A stretch of 63,959 nucleotides of DNA, filler included, from Octopus bimaculoides (Eukaryota): assembly GCF_001194135.2 (NCBI RefSeq). It is 5 parts of 5 records of this genome, joined end to end, with 100 filler letters (N's around TTAATTAATTAA, not from the genome) between each part and the next. Parts side by side here need not be neighbours in the genome. Positions count along the whole stretch, not along the records: positions 13,640 to 26,078 come from NC_068985.1; 4 more parts are not named here. One strand, 5' to 3'. The notes beneath the pieces are model-generated. The model did not search any database. It saw only the letters and a list, made by a program, of their open reading frames with translations, and had not been told where the DNA came from. Both the position numbers and the translations under genes were made by a program. Shown in pieces: positions 14,060 to 25,916 of the stretch (positions within the stretch are counted from its first letter, which is position 1; every line of letters begins with the position of its first letter).

Positions 14060-14702
14060 CCCAACACACACACACATATAGACACACACACTCACACGCA
14101 CACACACACTTACACTCACATACATGCATACACAGGTGCACACTCACACACGCACATTCACACTCACACACACACACAAACTCACACACATGCACTCTCA
14201 TATACACATTCACACCCACACACACACACACAGGCTTACACACACACAGACACACACACATGCACAGGTGCACACTCACACACGCACATTCACACTCACA
14301 CACACTCACACACATACACACACACACATAGGCTTACACACACANNNNNNNNNNCACACACGCACATTCACACTCACACACACTCACACACATACACACA
14401 CACACATAGGCTTACACACACAGACACACACACATACACAGGTGCACACTCACACACGCACATTCACACTCACACACACTCACACACACTCACACACATA
14501 CACTCACATACGCACATTCACACGGATGCACACACACACACACACGCACATAGACACACACACTCACACACATACACTCACATGCACACATTCACACGCA
14601 CACACACCCATAGACTTACACACGCATACACAGGTTCACATTCACACATGCACACACACACGCACACACACACACACACACACATACACACCCACACCCA
14701 CT
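14060..14702. repeat. Compound CA-rich higher-order minisatellite
   Basis: Recurring roughly 90-nt unit with landmarks caggtgcacact, cacgcacattcacact and ataggcttacaca; sequence duplicated across the 10-N gap at 14345. Confidence 0.8.
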
Positions 14703-15459
14703 CATCCTGGCTTTTTGTATATCTANNNNNNNNNNNNNNNNNNNNNNNNNNNNNNNNNNNNNNNNNNNNNNNNNNNNNNNNNNNNNNNNNNNNNNNNNNN
14801 NNNNNNNNNNNNNNNNNNNNNNNNNNNNNNNNNNNNNNNNNNNNNNNNNNNNNNNNNNNNNNNNNNNNNNNNNNNNNNNNNNNNNNNNNNNNNNNNNNNN
14901 NNNNNNNNNNNNNNNNNNNNNNNNNNNNNNNNNNNNNNNNNNNNNNNNNNNNNNNNNNNNNNNNNNNNNNNNNNNNNNNNNNNNNNNNNNNNNNNNNNNN
15001 NNNNNNNNNNNNNNNNNNNNNNNNNNNNNNNNNNNNNNNNNNNNNNNNNNNNNNNNNNNNNNNNNNNNNNNNNNNNNNNNNNNNNNNNNNNNNNNNNNNN
15101 NNNNNNNNNNNNNNNNNNNNNNNNNNNNNNNNNNNNNNNNNNNNNNNNNNNNNNNNNNNNNNNNNNNNNNNNNNNNNNNNNNNNNNNNNNNNNNNNNNNN
15201 NNGGTGGTGGTGGTGGTGGTGGTGGTGGTGTTATTAGTGTTGTTACTGTGATTGCTATTGTTGTTGTTATTTAGCCATAGGTCAGCCATTATCAAACAAA
15301 CATGTGATCAGATACATTCCAGTCGTCACCATTACCGGCGTTTTTATTTGCAGGTAACCTAGGACAACCTTATCAGAAATGTCTAACATGGCAAGGTGCG
15401 ATTTGATGGGAAATTTAGCTTCTATTTCTAGTAAACTGGGTGACCATAAAATGGCTCTC

Positions 15460-15513
<54 letters not shown>

Positions 15514-17078
15514 CTGGCTCTTGCTCTTTGTATTAGTATGGTGACGGTGGTAGTGGTTGATAGTTGCTCTCGTTAACGTCATCGTCGTTGCGATGTTTGT
15601 GGTGGTGGTCGTGGTATTATTGTCGTGTGGTGAGAAGCGGTGAGTTGTGTAGTTTGTTGTATATATTTTATGGTGTGCAGTGGTATGCTCCTGTGTGGTG
15701 CAACGATGGGTTTTGGCTGCAGTTTCAGGGAAAGGGGACGGTGGAAAAAAAAAACATGCCCCCTGTTTGTTAATATCTAGAGCTGATGGCGTTGTGGTGT
15801 TGTTGTAGTTGCTGCTGTTGTTGTTCTTCTTGTTATAACTACTACTACTGCTGCTGTTAATGATGGTAGTGATGCTAGTGATACCATTGACTGATTTGCG
15901 TGGAATGTTGACGCTGGTGGTAGAGAAGCTGGTTATGAAGCATTCTATTGGTGACAGTGGTATTGACGGTGGCGCAGTATGCTGTGTGTGTGCGTGCGTA
16001 AGTGCGTGTACGAATGTGTTCGAAGACCGGCGCCGGTGCTGTAATTAGAAGGGTAACATGTTGCTGATGTCGATGCTGCTGCTGCTGCTGCTACTACTGC
16101 TGCTGCTAATGGTATTCCTACTTCAGTACTGCTGATCATAAATTAGTACAACGGTGCTGGCAAATAACGCTTGTAGTTTTGATACGGCGATGATAGCGAT
16201 TGATTGAAGTGACAGTGTTATCATGTGTACGGTGTAGTCGGTGTTAGCGTAACCCGTGACAGTTTTATTTTCATTCATGAGTGTGCCAGAGAAGGTGAGT
16301 GGGTGTATCTCTGTGTGTCAGTATGTCTGTGTGTCTGTGTGTCTGTCAAAAGAATCGAAGAGAAAACTGATGTGAGAAGGAGCTGCTAGTGTAATAATGA
16401 ATGAATCGGAATTTATCTTCCACTCATTCACATAAAATTTCGTTTAAAAAAATATTTATTTGTTTGTTTATTTATCTGCTTATTTTCCATATCTTCCACT
16501 TTCACTTTTACTTTCACTTTCGATTAATCGCCGTGATGTACACTGCGGGATATTTTGACTAAGAAGCTTAAGTGAGTGCGTGATTCCCATAACCCATTCT
16601 AATATAACTGTATTTAGGACGCCTGCATGTAGGACAATCCCACTACCCCTGTCATTTTTTAAAGCTTTACTTCTGGGTAAATTTAACGCTCAATATTGCG
16701 ATTTGACGAATAATCCGTTAATTATCATGCTAACAAAAACTATGATTGTAGTTAAAAGAATTGAGAATAAAAATCCCACTTTTGGGAGCGGGTTCTTAAT
16801 CAGAATGTTTTTTTTTTAAATATCTGCATATCTCAGGTTTTTATTTCCTAGGAATTGACTTAGGCTGATGCGATCCACTTCGAATATTTAAACAATAATT
16901 ATATAGTTTATAAACAACATCAACTTGTGAGCTTTACATTGCATATGCTACACTTATACAGCCACAGAACCTGGGTGTTTAAGAGTTCAACTCTGTGTCA
17001 TGTGATATTTCGTGAGACACTCAGATACTCTATCACTGTCTTTGGTTGTGATTTGTCAGAAAGTTGATCTTTAATAAA

Positions 17079-17130
<52 letters not shown>

Positions 17131-17339
17131 GTGCAGTAGTTTAAGAAGGGAACAAACTACATTGCTATATGTGTACAAAAGATAGGCAAGCTTTCATAAC
17201 AATATGCAGTGTTACATAACTATATATATATTCTTTTATTCTTTTATTCCTTTACTCATTTCAGTCATACGGCTACGGTCATGCTGGTGCACCACCGTGG
17301 TCTTTCTGATTTCCTCATCCTGGGGCGTTTCACATCACC

Positions 17340-18295
17340 ACTCCTGTATGTGCGTTTGTCCCAGCTGTTGGCCCAATCGGTGTATAAGGGTGTTTGATTC
17401 CGCTGCCTTCGTCTGTGTTTCAAGTCTTGCTGTGGAGAGGAAGATGTTTTGTTCCTTTTTGAAGACATCTACTTCTACCTGAAGATTTCTTAATTTTTCT
17501 GGCAGCGCAGTGAAGAGCTGTGCGCCTTTGAACCCGGAGTGGTACAATACGATAACGGGCAATTCAATGCCGAAATTAAGCGCTAGCTCCTCTAGAGTTT
17601 TCCCTTGTTGCATATCTCTCACGCCTTCGCTCCAGGGAGTAAAGTAGCAGTTTTCCCTGTAGCTCATCCGCTGCACTGTTTCAATCTTTTTAGTGTAGTG
17701 GCGTTGGATTTCCTGTTAGTTTGCTGTTAGTTTAGCACTATGTGGTGACCTTAACTTGGAGCAGTAGTCCAGGCAGCTGAAAACAGAGGTTCTCCACAGG
17801 GTCAACATAGTTTCTTGGTCTCTTGTCTTGAAGGACTTCAGTATCTATCCTGCTAGTTGTCTGCACTTTGCTGCCATCTTGGTAATGTGCATATAAAATG
17901 ATGCGTCATTGGACATACTGATCCTCAAGTCTTTCACTGCCAGTGACTCTACGATTGTAGTGGCTTTGAGTCCTGTATATGCAGGCTATAATGCATACGT
18001 GAGTTGATAATGCAGTGTTTGAAATTTTCCAGCGTTGAACTGCATGTTGTTTATTTCGGCCCACTTCTATATCGAATTCAGGTCCCGCTGTAAGCTTTGC
18101 GACGTCATCTTGGCTTTTTATTACCCGTGATAATTTTGTATCATCGGCATAGCTAGTGACAGTGGCTGTTCGCGTTACTGTGGGCATGTCTAAACGGGCA
18201 ATTATGAGCAGTAATTGCCCCAGAAGAGTTCCCTGAGGAGATACAACTTGGGATTTGAGTTTCCTCAGAAAGGGCACCATTGGCTTCAAATTCTT
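17340..18295 (-). mobile_element. CR1/L2 (jockey-group) LINE RT-to-3' fragment
   Basis: SPQGTLLGQLLLII, VTSYADDTKLSRVIKSQDD (YADD catalytic motif), FKGAQLFTALPEKLRNL..VDVFKK; frameshifted. Confidence 0.85.
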
Positions 18296-18300
18296 GACAT

Positions 18301-18337
<37 letters not shown>

Positions 18338-18339
18338 TA

Positions 18340-18389
<50 letters not shown>

Positions 18390-18393
<4 letters not shown>

Positions 18394-18790
18394 TAAAGTC
18401 ATGTTTAGCAGGTACTTCCAAGATTCTTTGTTTGTTGAATTAGCCCTGTAGTTCCATCTGTTTATATTTCTTTGATCTGTTGTTCTTCCCTCTCTCTTTG
18501 AATTCTCCTCTTGTTTCGGTCACATTTGATTGCCTCTGGTTGTCGACGCTATTCTCGGTACAACATAATTTTTCAGACTCAGTATCGCAGTATTAACAGT
18601 GTCTTCTGCGTTTAGTAATCCTCTACCACCTTCCTTTCTTATAGATAGATTTTGTCGGTATTACTTTTAGTGTGGTGTGCATTGTGCATTGTACATTTTG
18701 TGAGCAGCTTTCTAGTTCTATCAAGTTCTGTAACTCGGGTTTTGTCCGTTTCAGAAACGAAGGAGAGCATCTCAATATTATTATCTCCCC
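18390..18790 (-). mobile_element. R4/Dong-like LINE fragment (post-RT region)
   Basis: ELDRTRKLLT...MHNAHHTKSNTDKIYL / RKEGGRGLLNAEDTVNTAILSLKNYV matches the HPKS---RLYL-RKEGGRGL motif. Confidence 0.75.
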
Positions 18791-18978
18791 TCTCTCTCCC
18801 TCTCCATCTCTCTCCCTCTCCATCTCTCTCCCTCTCCATCTCTCTCCCTCTCCCTCTCTCTCCCTCTCCATCTCTCTCCCTCTCCATCTCTCTCCCTCTC
18901 CATCTCTCTTCCTCTCCATCTCTCTCCCTCTCCATCTCTCTCCCTCTCCATCTCTCTCCCTCTCCATCTCTCTCCCTC
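18787..18978. repeat. 18-bp CT-rich minisatellite (ctctccctctccatctct)n
   Basis: Direct inspection; about 10 units. Confidence 0.9.
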
Positions 18979-19269
18979 TTCCTAGCTACAGCTTTACTTT
19001 TGGCATATCGTGATAATCTTATTTGATTTTGAACTTCAGTTGAATGTTACAAACGTTCATGGAGTAGGTAATAAGTCTGCCAGATTTTTCGGGTGATGGA
19101 ATAATGATAATTGAGTGCCGTCACATATAACGGCTTTTACAATGATAAGAAGGAAATAATCAAATGAACTATCTTTAAAACAGCATCGAAATCATGTGTT
19201 TGGAAATCCTCTTCCGCAATGGTTTCAAATTTTGTCACAATTTTAAAAATTATAAGGGAAGGACCTTAG

Positions 19270-19418
19270 TGTTCAGCGGTTTTTATTTTAGTAACCTCGA
19301 AAGGATGAAAAGCAAAGTTGACCTCGGCAGTATTTGGGTGCAGAATGTAAAGAGCCGAAAGAAAAGCCGATAAGCATTTTGTCCGAAGCACTGACGATTT
19401 TGTCAGCTCGCCGCCTTA
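19270..19418 (-). mobile_element. SINE family B
   Basis: cgaaaggatgaaaagcaaagttgacctcggc...gacgattttgtcagctcgcc is the reverse complement of the family B head and core. Confidence 0.75.
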
Positions 19419-20453
19419 AACCACGATTTAAAACAAAGAGATTTAAAACTGAGTAGACCTAGTAGGATTAGCTTTCACGACAGCTAGAAGGACAACACTG
19501 TTCTCACTACTCTCAAAATGTCTCAAAATTATAATGGGCTGAGAAAAAATGTCATAGATATAGAAGCAGAATGCTCACAGTTCCTAATGGTAAACTTGAG
19601 TGAAAATATGTAATGCTGAATCGGTTTCTAACCCTCAAAACCTATGATATATTGACGACATACACAACCATTCAATTTTGAGTAAATGCAAACACTGTTG
19701 AAGTTATCGCGCAATTGTGTTAGATGAATAGGCATGAGATTTGTACACTTCTTGACTGAGAATCGAAACCGCATCAACGAATCAGCGACCAGAGATTTTA
19801 GTCCTACTCTTTGAAATTCGTTACACTAATATTCAGTGTAATTATCCTGGATCTTTGACTATGAAGGAAAAACAACGGGAAGAGGACCGCCAAAATCCTT
19901 GGGTTAAAGGGAAGCAGTTATCCCAAAACCAAAGACCCAGTGCAAATGCTTGCAACGCAATGAAGGCACCAATGACTTGGTCATGGTTTGAAACCACGCG
20001 ACGCTATGAAGCCCATCGCCAAATATATGTCGAAAAGGGATTTTCCAAATGTTATTTTCATCATATATAAAGTGGAATGGTTACATCAGGGATGCAAAAC
20101 TGAACTCACTGCCGGCGATATGGTGCGTAGGACGTAACACGTGGTACATTATTTATTTATTTATTTATTTATTTATCTTTGTAATGTATTGAAATAGGAC
20201 GAAAGCCAAAACGCAGAACGAGAAAGCAAGAAGAAAATTAAAAAAAAAAGAAGATATTGCGAGAATGTACATAAGCATTTATTAACGAATGAGAATGTGT
20301 GACAAAACGAGAGAGAAGTGTTACGGAGGTTTAGAATGAAAATGGAGTGAGAGAGAGAGAGAAGAACGAAGAGAGGAATACGAAACTGGAATCATTACGG
20401 CATGTGACTATGGGATAAAGCCTATGAGATATATATATATATANNNNNNNNNN

Positions 20454-20493
<40 letters not shown>

Positions 20494-20799
20494 GCACACA
20501 AATATGTATGTTTGTATGTTTGTATGTATGTGTGTATGTGTATGTGTATACACATGCATATATGTGTATGCATCGATGTATATATCTTTGTGCGTGTGTT
20601 TATATCTCTTTATGACTGTGCTTGTTAATTTATCAATGCTGCTTGTTTGACTATTTTACGTATTACGTATTCATTACGTTGTTCGTAACACTAACTAAAA
20701 GAAAGCTATATAATTATACATCATTGTTTAGGATAGTTATCAATATACGCCTTCATTAGAGACGTGTCTTACACCAAAGTTGTTCACGACAGTGCACTC

Positions 20800-21020
20800 T
20801 CATTAGTGCCGGAGCTTAATCAGGTTTCCTTAGCGTACAAGTGAACGAGAGTGCAATACGGCCTACTGAACGGGTTGGCAATCCACTACAGGAGGTTACC
20901 GTCAGCTCTCACTGGTACCAGTTTGTAAGTGGACGGGTGTAAAGTCAATAAAATTGTTTTGCCATTGGGTCCTGGAAACAGGATCATGACTTTGCGATCG
21001 CGAGTCTAACACTTCTAACC
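20800..21020 (-). mobile_element. Old tRNA-derived SINE with V-domain-like core
   Basis: Head (rc) gaaggtgtgtggcttagtggttag; internal caggtttcc...ctgaacggg...tccactacaggaggttacc...actggtaccagttt resembles the reverse of the V-SINE core as I recall it. Confidence 0.45.
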
Positions 21021-22047
21021 ACTAAGCCACACACCTTCATCATGAATGTGTAGCGTGTTATGAACTGATCATGTTACAGAATATTGTGTTCCAGAAAATG
21101 TTGTCGTAATTCAGAATTCCGTAACGTGAAACCTCTTATCATATTGATTTATATTTTTCTTGTTGTACACTGAAAAGCGTTCCGACGGAAATGTTTTTTT
21201 CAAAACGAAAGAAAAGAAATGCTAACGAACACACGAAAAAAAATCCCCCAGAGTGTACAGACACACAAACGAAAATGTCTCATAGTAGGGAACAATCTCA
21301 TTACAAATAATATTACCAAGTGTTTGATAGGCAGTGGTGTAGTGGTGTTACTTGGAGGCAGAGGGGAACTATCCCTTCCTTATAATCAGCATAATCAGCT
21401 CCTGATGCAGGATTGAACTTAACTAAAATTATTTGACTTAAACAGCACCATATTTTTTGTACAGCTAAGTAGTACTGACCCTCAGAAATTCTGGCTTGGT
21501 GTCCAGCGTGCTGGGTGGCACATATCTTAGATTTTATTAAGACATATCTCTAGAACCTACTTTAATCTCAGGGTGCATCTGCTCTGATAATCGACGGCAA
21601 AATGAGCTGCTGCGGATCACATTATCCCAAAGTGTATATGCATGTGACCGGGGACTACATGTATGTAAACTTGTTTTCCCACTGAAACTCCGGACATGAA
21701 CTACTCGTTGATCGGAGTTGGGTGTATGCCGCTGCAAGTACACGTACAAGTAAGTACAACCAATTGCAGGAACTGAGCTAATAAATATTTCTTGCTAATA
21801 TTTACGTTATTTTCATGATTAAGAAATGTCCCTGTAATTTTTATGCTATATTCACAATTAGGATAACTATTAGTGAAGATTTATAGGTCTTCCTCTGCAA
21901 GTGCCAACCATTTCTCTATAATCTTTGCAGCCAAGTGAAGTCGTATGAGTAGAAATTCTATATCAGCTTCCTGCTTTGCAGCTCACTCTTTTTCAAACAT
22001 ATTCAATTCCACAGTAGACAAAATTTTCTCAGTGTGACCCTACGCTA

Positions 22048-22633
22048 TTTACTCTTTTACTCTTTTACTTGTTTCTGTCATTTGACCGTGGCCGCGCTGG
22101 AGCACCGCCTTTATAGTCGAGCAAATCAACAACAGAGCTTATTCTTTGTAAGCCGAGTACTTATTCTATCGGTCTCTTTTGCCGAACCGCTAAGTTACGG
22201 GGAGGAAAACACACCAGCATTTGTTGTCAAGCGATGCTAGAGGGACAAACAGACACACAAACACACACACNNNNNNNNNNNNNNNNNNNNNNNNNNNNNN
22301 NNNNNNNNNNNNNNNNNNNNNNNNNNNNNNNNNNNNNNNNNNNNNNNNNNNNNNNNNNNNNNNNNNNNNNNNNNNNNNNNNNNNNNNNNNNNNNNNNNNN
22401 NNNNNNNNNNNNNNNNNNNNNNNNNNNNNNCACACACACACACACACAGATATATATATATATATATATACGACGGGCTTCTTCCAGTTTCCGTCTACCA
22501 AATCCACTCACAAGGCTTTGGTCGGCCCGAGGCTATAGTAGAAGACACTTGCCTAAGGTGCCACGCAGTGGGACTGAACCTGGGACCATGTGGTTGGTAA
22601 GCAAGCTACTTACCACACAACCACTCCTGCGCC
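22048..22633 (-). mobile_element. SINE family A, full length with internal microsatellite and gap
   Basis: Head ggcgcaggagtggttgtgtggtaagtagcttgcttaccaaccacatggtcccaggttcagtccc; internal (TA)/(TG)n; tail (gtaaaaga)n. Confidence 0.92.
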
Positions 22634-22649
22634 TTTATCAGCCATTTAT

Positions 22650-23570
22650 TTATCAAATATCTTGTTGAACTTGATGCGGACTCTCTCATGCTGGAAAACC
22701 TGTTATGTTGCGGATACAGTTCGGCAATGTTTTTCCAAAAGCTGTTCATAGGTGGGGGACTTCACTTTATCTTATAACTTGCCAATATTATACACGGCAT
22801 GTATCGTGATGGAATTTTTACCTGAAGTATTTAAGTGTGTCTTCATTCTCTCTAAAATTACTTTTATGAAGTGTTTCAAGTTCTCAGATAATATATCGGA
22901 AATTTAGGTACCACACCATATTCACTGGGTGAAACAATGAAGATGTATTTTTGAGAAAATATTCCATTCTTACATTATAACAAAGATCGCTTAAGTTCAC
23001 TGGATGGAATCAGTGAACTATCTAAAAAGAGCAATGTCGTTGAGAAATATTATGCCTGGCACTGTAAGGCTAAAAATAAATGTTAACCAGTATTGGAAAC
23101 GGCTCATATTTATCAAGCTTTCTTTGCATATCAAATCACCGCTAGATTAAATTTAGCATTGCTCTTGAAAGCCCTTGCTTCTGGAACAGATACACGAGTG
23201 TGACTCTAATTTCATACCAGAAGTGTTTTTCCACGAATAGCTCCATGTGAATCTGAAAGCTGGTGATGACTTTCTTCACAAGAAATAAAAGTCATAGTAA
23301 GCTTATTTCCAACAAAGCCCAGTTTCATCAATATTGTACTATTTCTCAAATGTATATCTTTTTTTCCATCAATAATAATCATGACAATTAGTTTCAACTT
23401 CTGTACAACAGTGACAGATTCACAGGTCATGTTGCAGCCATTGCTAACAAGAAAAAGTTTATATCAGAAGTTGCATTTTCCACTTCTGCAAATTGTCATC
23501 CAAATGTTTTAGATCTCGTTTGAATGACCATCTCGTTTATTGGTACATTATCTCCAATGTTACTGTTGAT
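22650..23570 (-). mobile_element. Decayed Tigger/pogo-family DDE transposase
   Basis: Minus strand YNIDETGLCWK, MTFISCEE, NVRMEYFLKNTSSLFHPVN match the pogo/Tigger motifs YNVDETGLFWK, RTFISKEE, NVKV-FLPPNTTSLIQPMD; many stops. Confidence 0.75.
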
Positions 23571-23572
23571 CC

Positions 23573-24122
23573 GTCGAGGCGCAATGGCCCAGTGGTTAGG
23601 GCAGCGGACTCGTGGTCATAGGATCGCGGTTTCGATTCCCAGACCGGGCGTTATGAGTGTTTATTGAACGAAAACACCTAAAGCTCCACGAGGCTCCGGC
23701 AGGGGATGGTGGCGAACCCTGCTGTACTCTTTCACCACAACTTTCTCTCACTCTTACTTCCTGTTTCTGTTGTGCCTGTAATTCAAAAGGGCCAGCCTTG
23801 TCACACTCTGTGTCACGCTGAATATCCCTGAGAACTACGTTAAGGGTACACGTGTCTGTGGATTGCTCAGTCACTTGCACGCTAATTTCACGAGCAGGCT
23901 GATNNNNNNNNNNNCTTCCTGTTTCTGTTATGCCTGTAATTCAAAGGGTCAGCCTTGTCACAATGTGTCACGCTGAATATCCCCGAGAACTACGTTAAGG
24001 GTACACGTGTCTGTGGATTGCTCAGTCACTTGCACGCTAATTTCACGAGCAGGCTGATTCGTTGATCGAATCAACTGGAACCCTCGACGTCGTAAGCGAC
24101 GGAGTGCTAACAACAACAACAT
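23573..24122 (+). mobile_element. SINE family C, with target-site duplication and (CAA)n tail
   Basis: A box tggcccagtgg, B-box-like ggtttcgattccc; TSD TGTTGATCC at 23564-23572 and 24123-24131; about 110 bp repeated across the 10-N gap (assembly overlap). Confidence 0.92.
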
Positions 24123-24131
24123 TGTTGATCC

Positions 24132-24445
24132 ACACCCATTCAAGTGTAGCTCGGATTAAATCATCACTTCAGATTTACGAAAACGCTATGCTTGGGCGCT
24201 TAATGGTGTAGCTGCAGGAGCACTTTAGTAAATGTTATTTTCATTGTCATAGTTTGCTCTCATTCTTTGGTTACACCACTTTCCAATATGGCTGATTTTT
24301 CTTCTGCACAAGACATTTCTTAAACATCAGGTTTAGCGCCCTGAATAGGCCCTTTACAATCCATTTTCTTCTGCTGCTTTCAATTACACATGATGGACAC
24401 TTCCCAGTTGTTTTAGTAGGGTAATCTATTATAATTTACGCTTTA
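24132..24445 (-). mobile_element. Upstream continuation of the Tigger/pogo remnant
   Basis: Contiguous with 22650-23570 once the TSD-flanked SINE is removed; non-repetitive, protein-like composition, but no diagnostic motif. Confidence 0.4.
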
Positions 24446-24451
24446 GTATAA

Positions 24452-24826
24452 GTTGTTGTTGTTGGCACTCCGTCGGTTACGACGACGAGAGTTCCAGTTG
24501 ATCCGATCAACGGAACAGCCTACTCGTGAAATTAACGTGCAAGTGGCTGAGCACTCCACAAACACGTGTACCCTTAACGCAGTTCTCGAGGATATTCAGC
24601 GTGACACAGTGTGACAAGGCTGACCCTTTGAATTACAGGTACAACAGAAACAGGAAGAAAGAGTGAGAGAAAGTTGTGGTGAAAGAGTACAGCAGGTTCG
24701 CCACCATCCCCTGCCGGAGCCTCGTGGAGCTTTAGGTGTTTTCGCTCAATAAACACTCACAACACCCGGTCTGGGAATCGAAACCGAGATCCTATGACCA
24801 CGAGTCCGCTGCCCTAACCACTGGGC
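24452..24826 (-). mobile_element. SINE family C
   Basis: (gtt)n-ggcactccgtcggttacgacgacgag...gctgccctaaccactgggc, the reverse complement of the 23573 copy. Confidence 0.92.
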
Positions 24827-25654
24827 NNNNNNNNNNNNNNNNNNNNNNNNNNNNNNNNNNNNNNNNNNNNNNNNNNNNNNNNNNNNNNNNNNNNNNNNNN
24901 NNNNNNNNNNNNNNNNNNNNNNNNNNNNNNNNNNNNNNNNNNNNNNNNNNNNNNNNNNNNNNNNNNNNNNNNNNNNNNNNNNNNNNNNNNNNNNNNNNNN
25001 NNNNNNNNNNNNNNNNNNNNNNNNNNNNNNNNNNNNNNNNNNNNNNNNNNNNNNNNNNNNNNNNNNNNNNNNNNNNNNNNNNNNNNNNNNNNNNNNNNNN
25101 NNNNNNNNNNNNNNNNNNNNNNNNNNNNNNNNNNNNNNNNNNNNNNNNNNNNNNNNNNNNNNNNNNNNNNNNNNNNNNNNNNNNNNNNNNNNNNNNNNNN
25201 NNNNNNNNNNNNNNNNNNNNNNNNNNNNNNNNNNNNNNNNNNNNNNNNNNNNNNNNNNNNNNNNNNNNNNNNNNNNNNNNNNNNNNNNNNNNNNNNNNNN
25301 NNNNNNNNNNNNNNNNNNNNNNNNNNNNNNNNNNNNNNNNNNNNNNNNNNNNNNNNNNNNNNNNNNNNNNNNNNNNNNNNNNNNNNNNNNNNNNNNNNNN
25401 NNNNNNNNNNNNNNNNNNNNNNNNNNNNNNNNNNNNNNNNNNNNNNNNNNNNNNNNNNNNNNNNNNNNNNNNNNNNNNNNNNNNNNCACACACACACACA
25501 CATCAAAGATTATTGATATTCCATGAAGCCATTAAAGTCTATAGAAGTGGACTGTTCATATCTTTATCCCCATCACCACCATATATATATATATGCATAA
25601 AAAACAGATATGTGTGTGTGTACAAATATATACGCATATATATATATTCATTTA

Positions 25655-25840
25655 TTTGTTTCAGTCATTTGACTGCGGCCATGCTGGAGCACCGGTTTTA
25701 GTCGAAGAAATTGACCCAGGATTTATTCTTTGTAAACTTTGTACTTATTCAATCGGACCTTTTTGCCGAACCACTAGGTAAGGTGAACGTAAACACACCA
25801 ACATCGGTCGTCAAGCGATGGTGGGGTACAAACTTACACA
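25655..25840 (-). mobile_element. SINE family A, 3' half
   Basis: tttcagtcatttgactgcggccatgctggagcacc...gtaaacacaccaacatcggtcgtcaagcgatggtgggg. Confidence 0.85.
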
Positions 25841-25880
25841 CACACACGCACACGCACACGCACACGCACCCCCACACACG

Positions 25881-25916
<36 letters not shown>

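Noticed and set aside
15860-16140. GCT/GGT-rich stretch suggesting a poly-Ala or poly-Gln exon
   Set aside because: Low-complexity mosaic with stops in the Gln frame and no splice signals.
16263-16300. ATG AGT GTG CCA GAG AAG|GTGAGT: possible micro first exon with a perfect donor
   Set aside because: Only 18 coding nt, no upstream polypyrimidine tract, and its phase 0 end does not fit the phase 1 hkb exon; a single motif is expected by chance.
19480-20120. Possible decayed Tc1/mariner-like segment
   Set aside because: No diagnostic motif could be recovered.
21440-21760. Minus-strand CDPQQL..PS resembling a UPF1-like helicase motif
   Set aside because: Multiple stops and no Walker motifs; too degenerate to call.
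23573-23645. tRNA-like heads with A and B boxes (also 30381, 40990, 55451)
   Set aside because: They are SINE heads continuous with SINE bodies and lack a complete cloverleaf, so they are not tRNA genes.
23880-24060. Apparent internal duplication within a SINE (also across the gap at 14345)
   Set aside because: It flanks a 10-N gap and is most simply an unmerged contig overlap.
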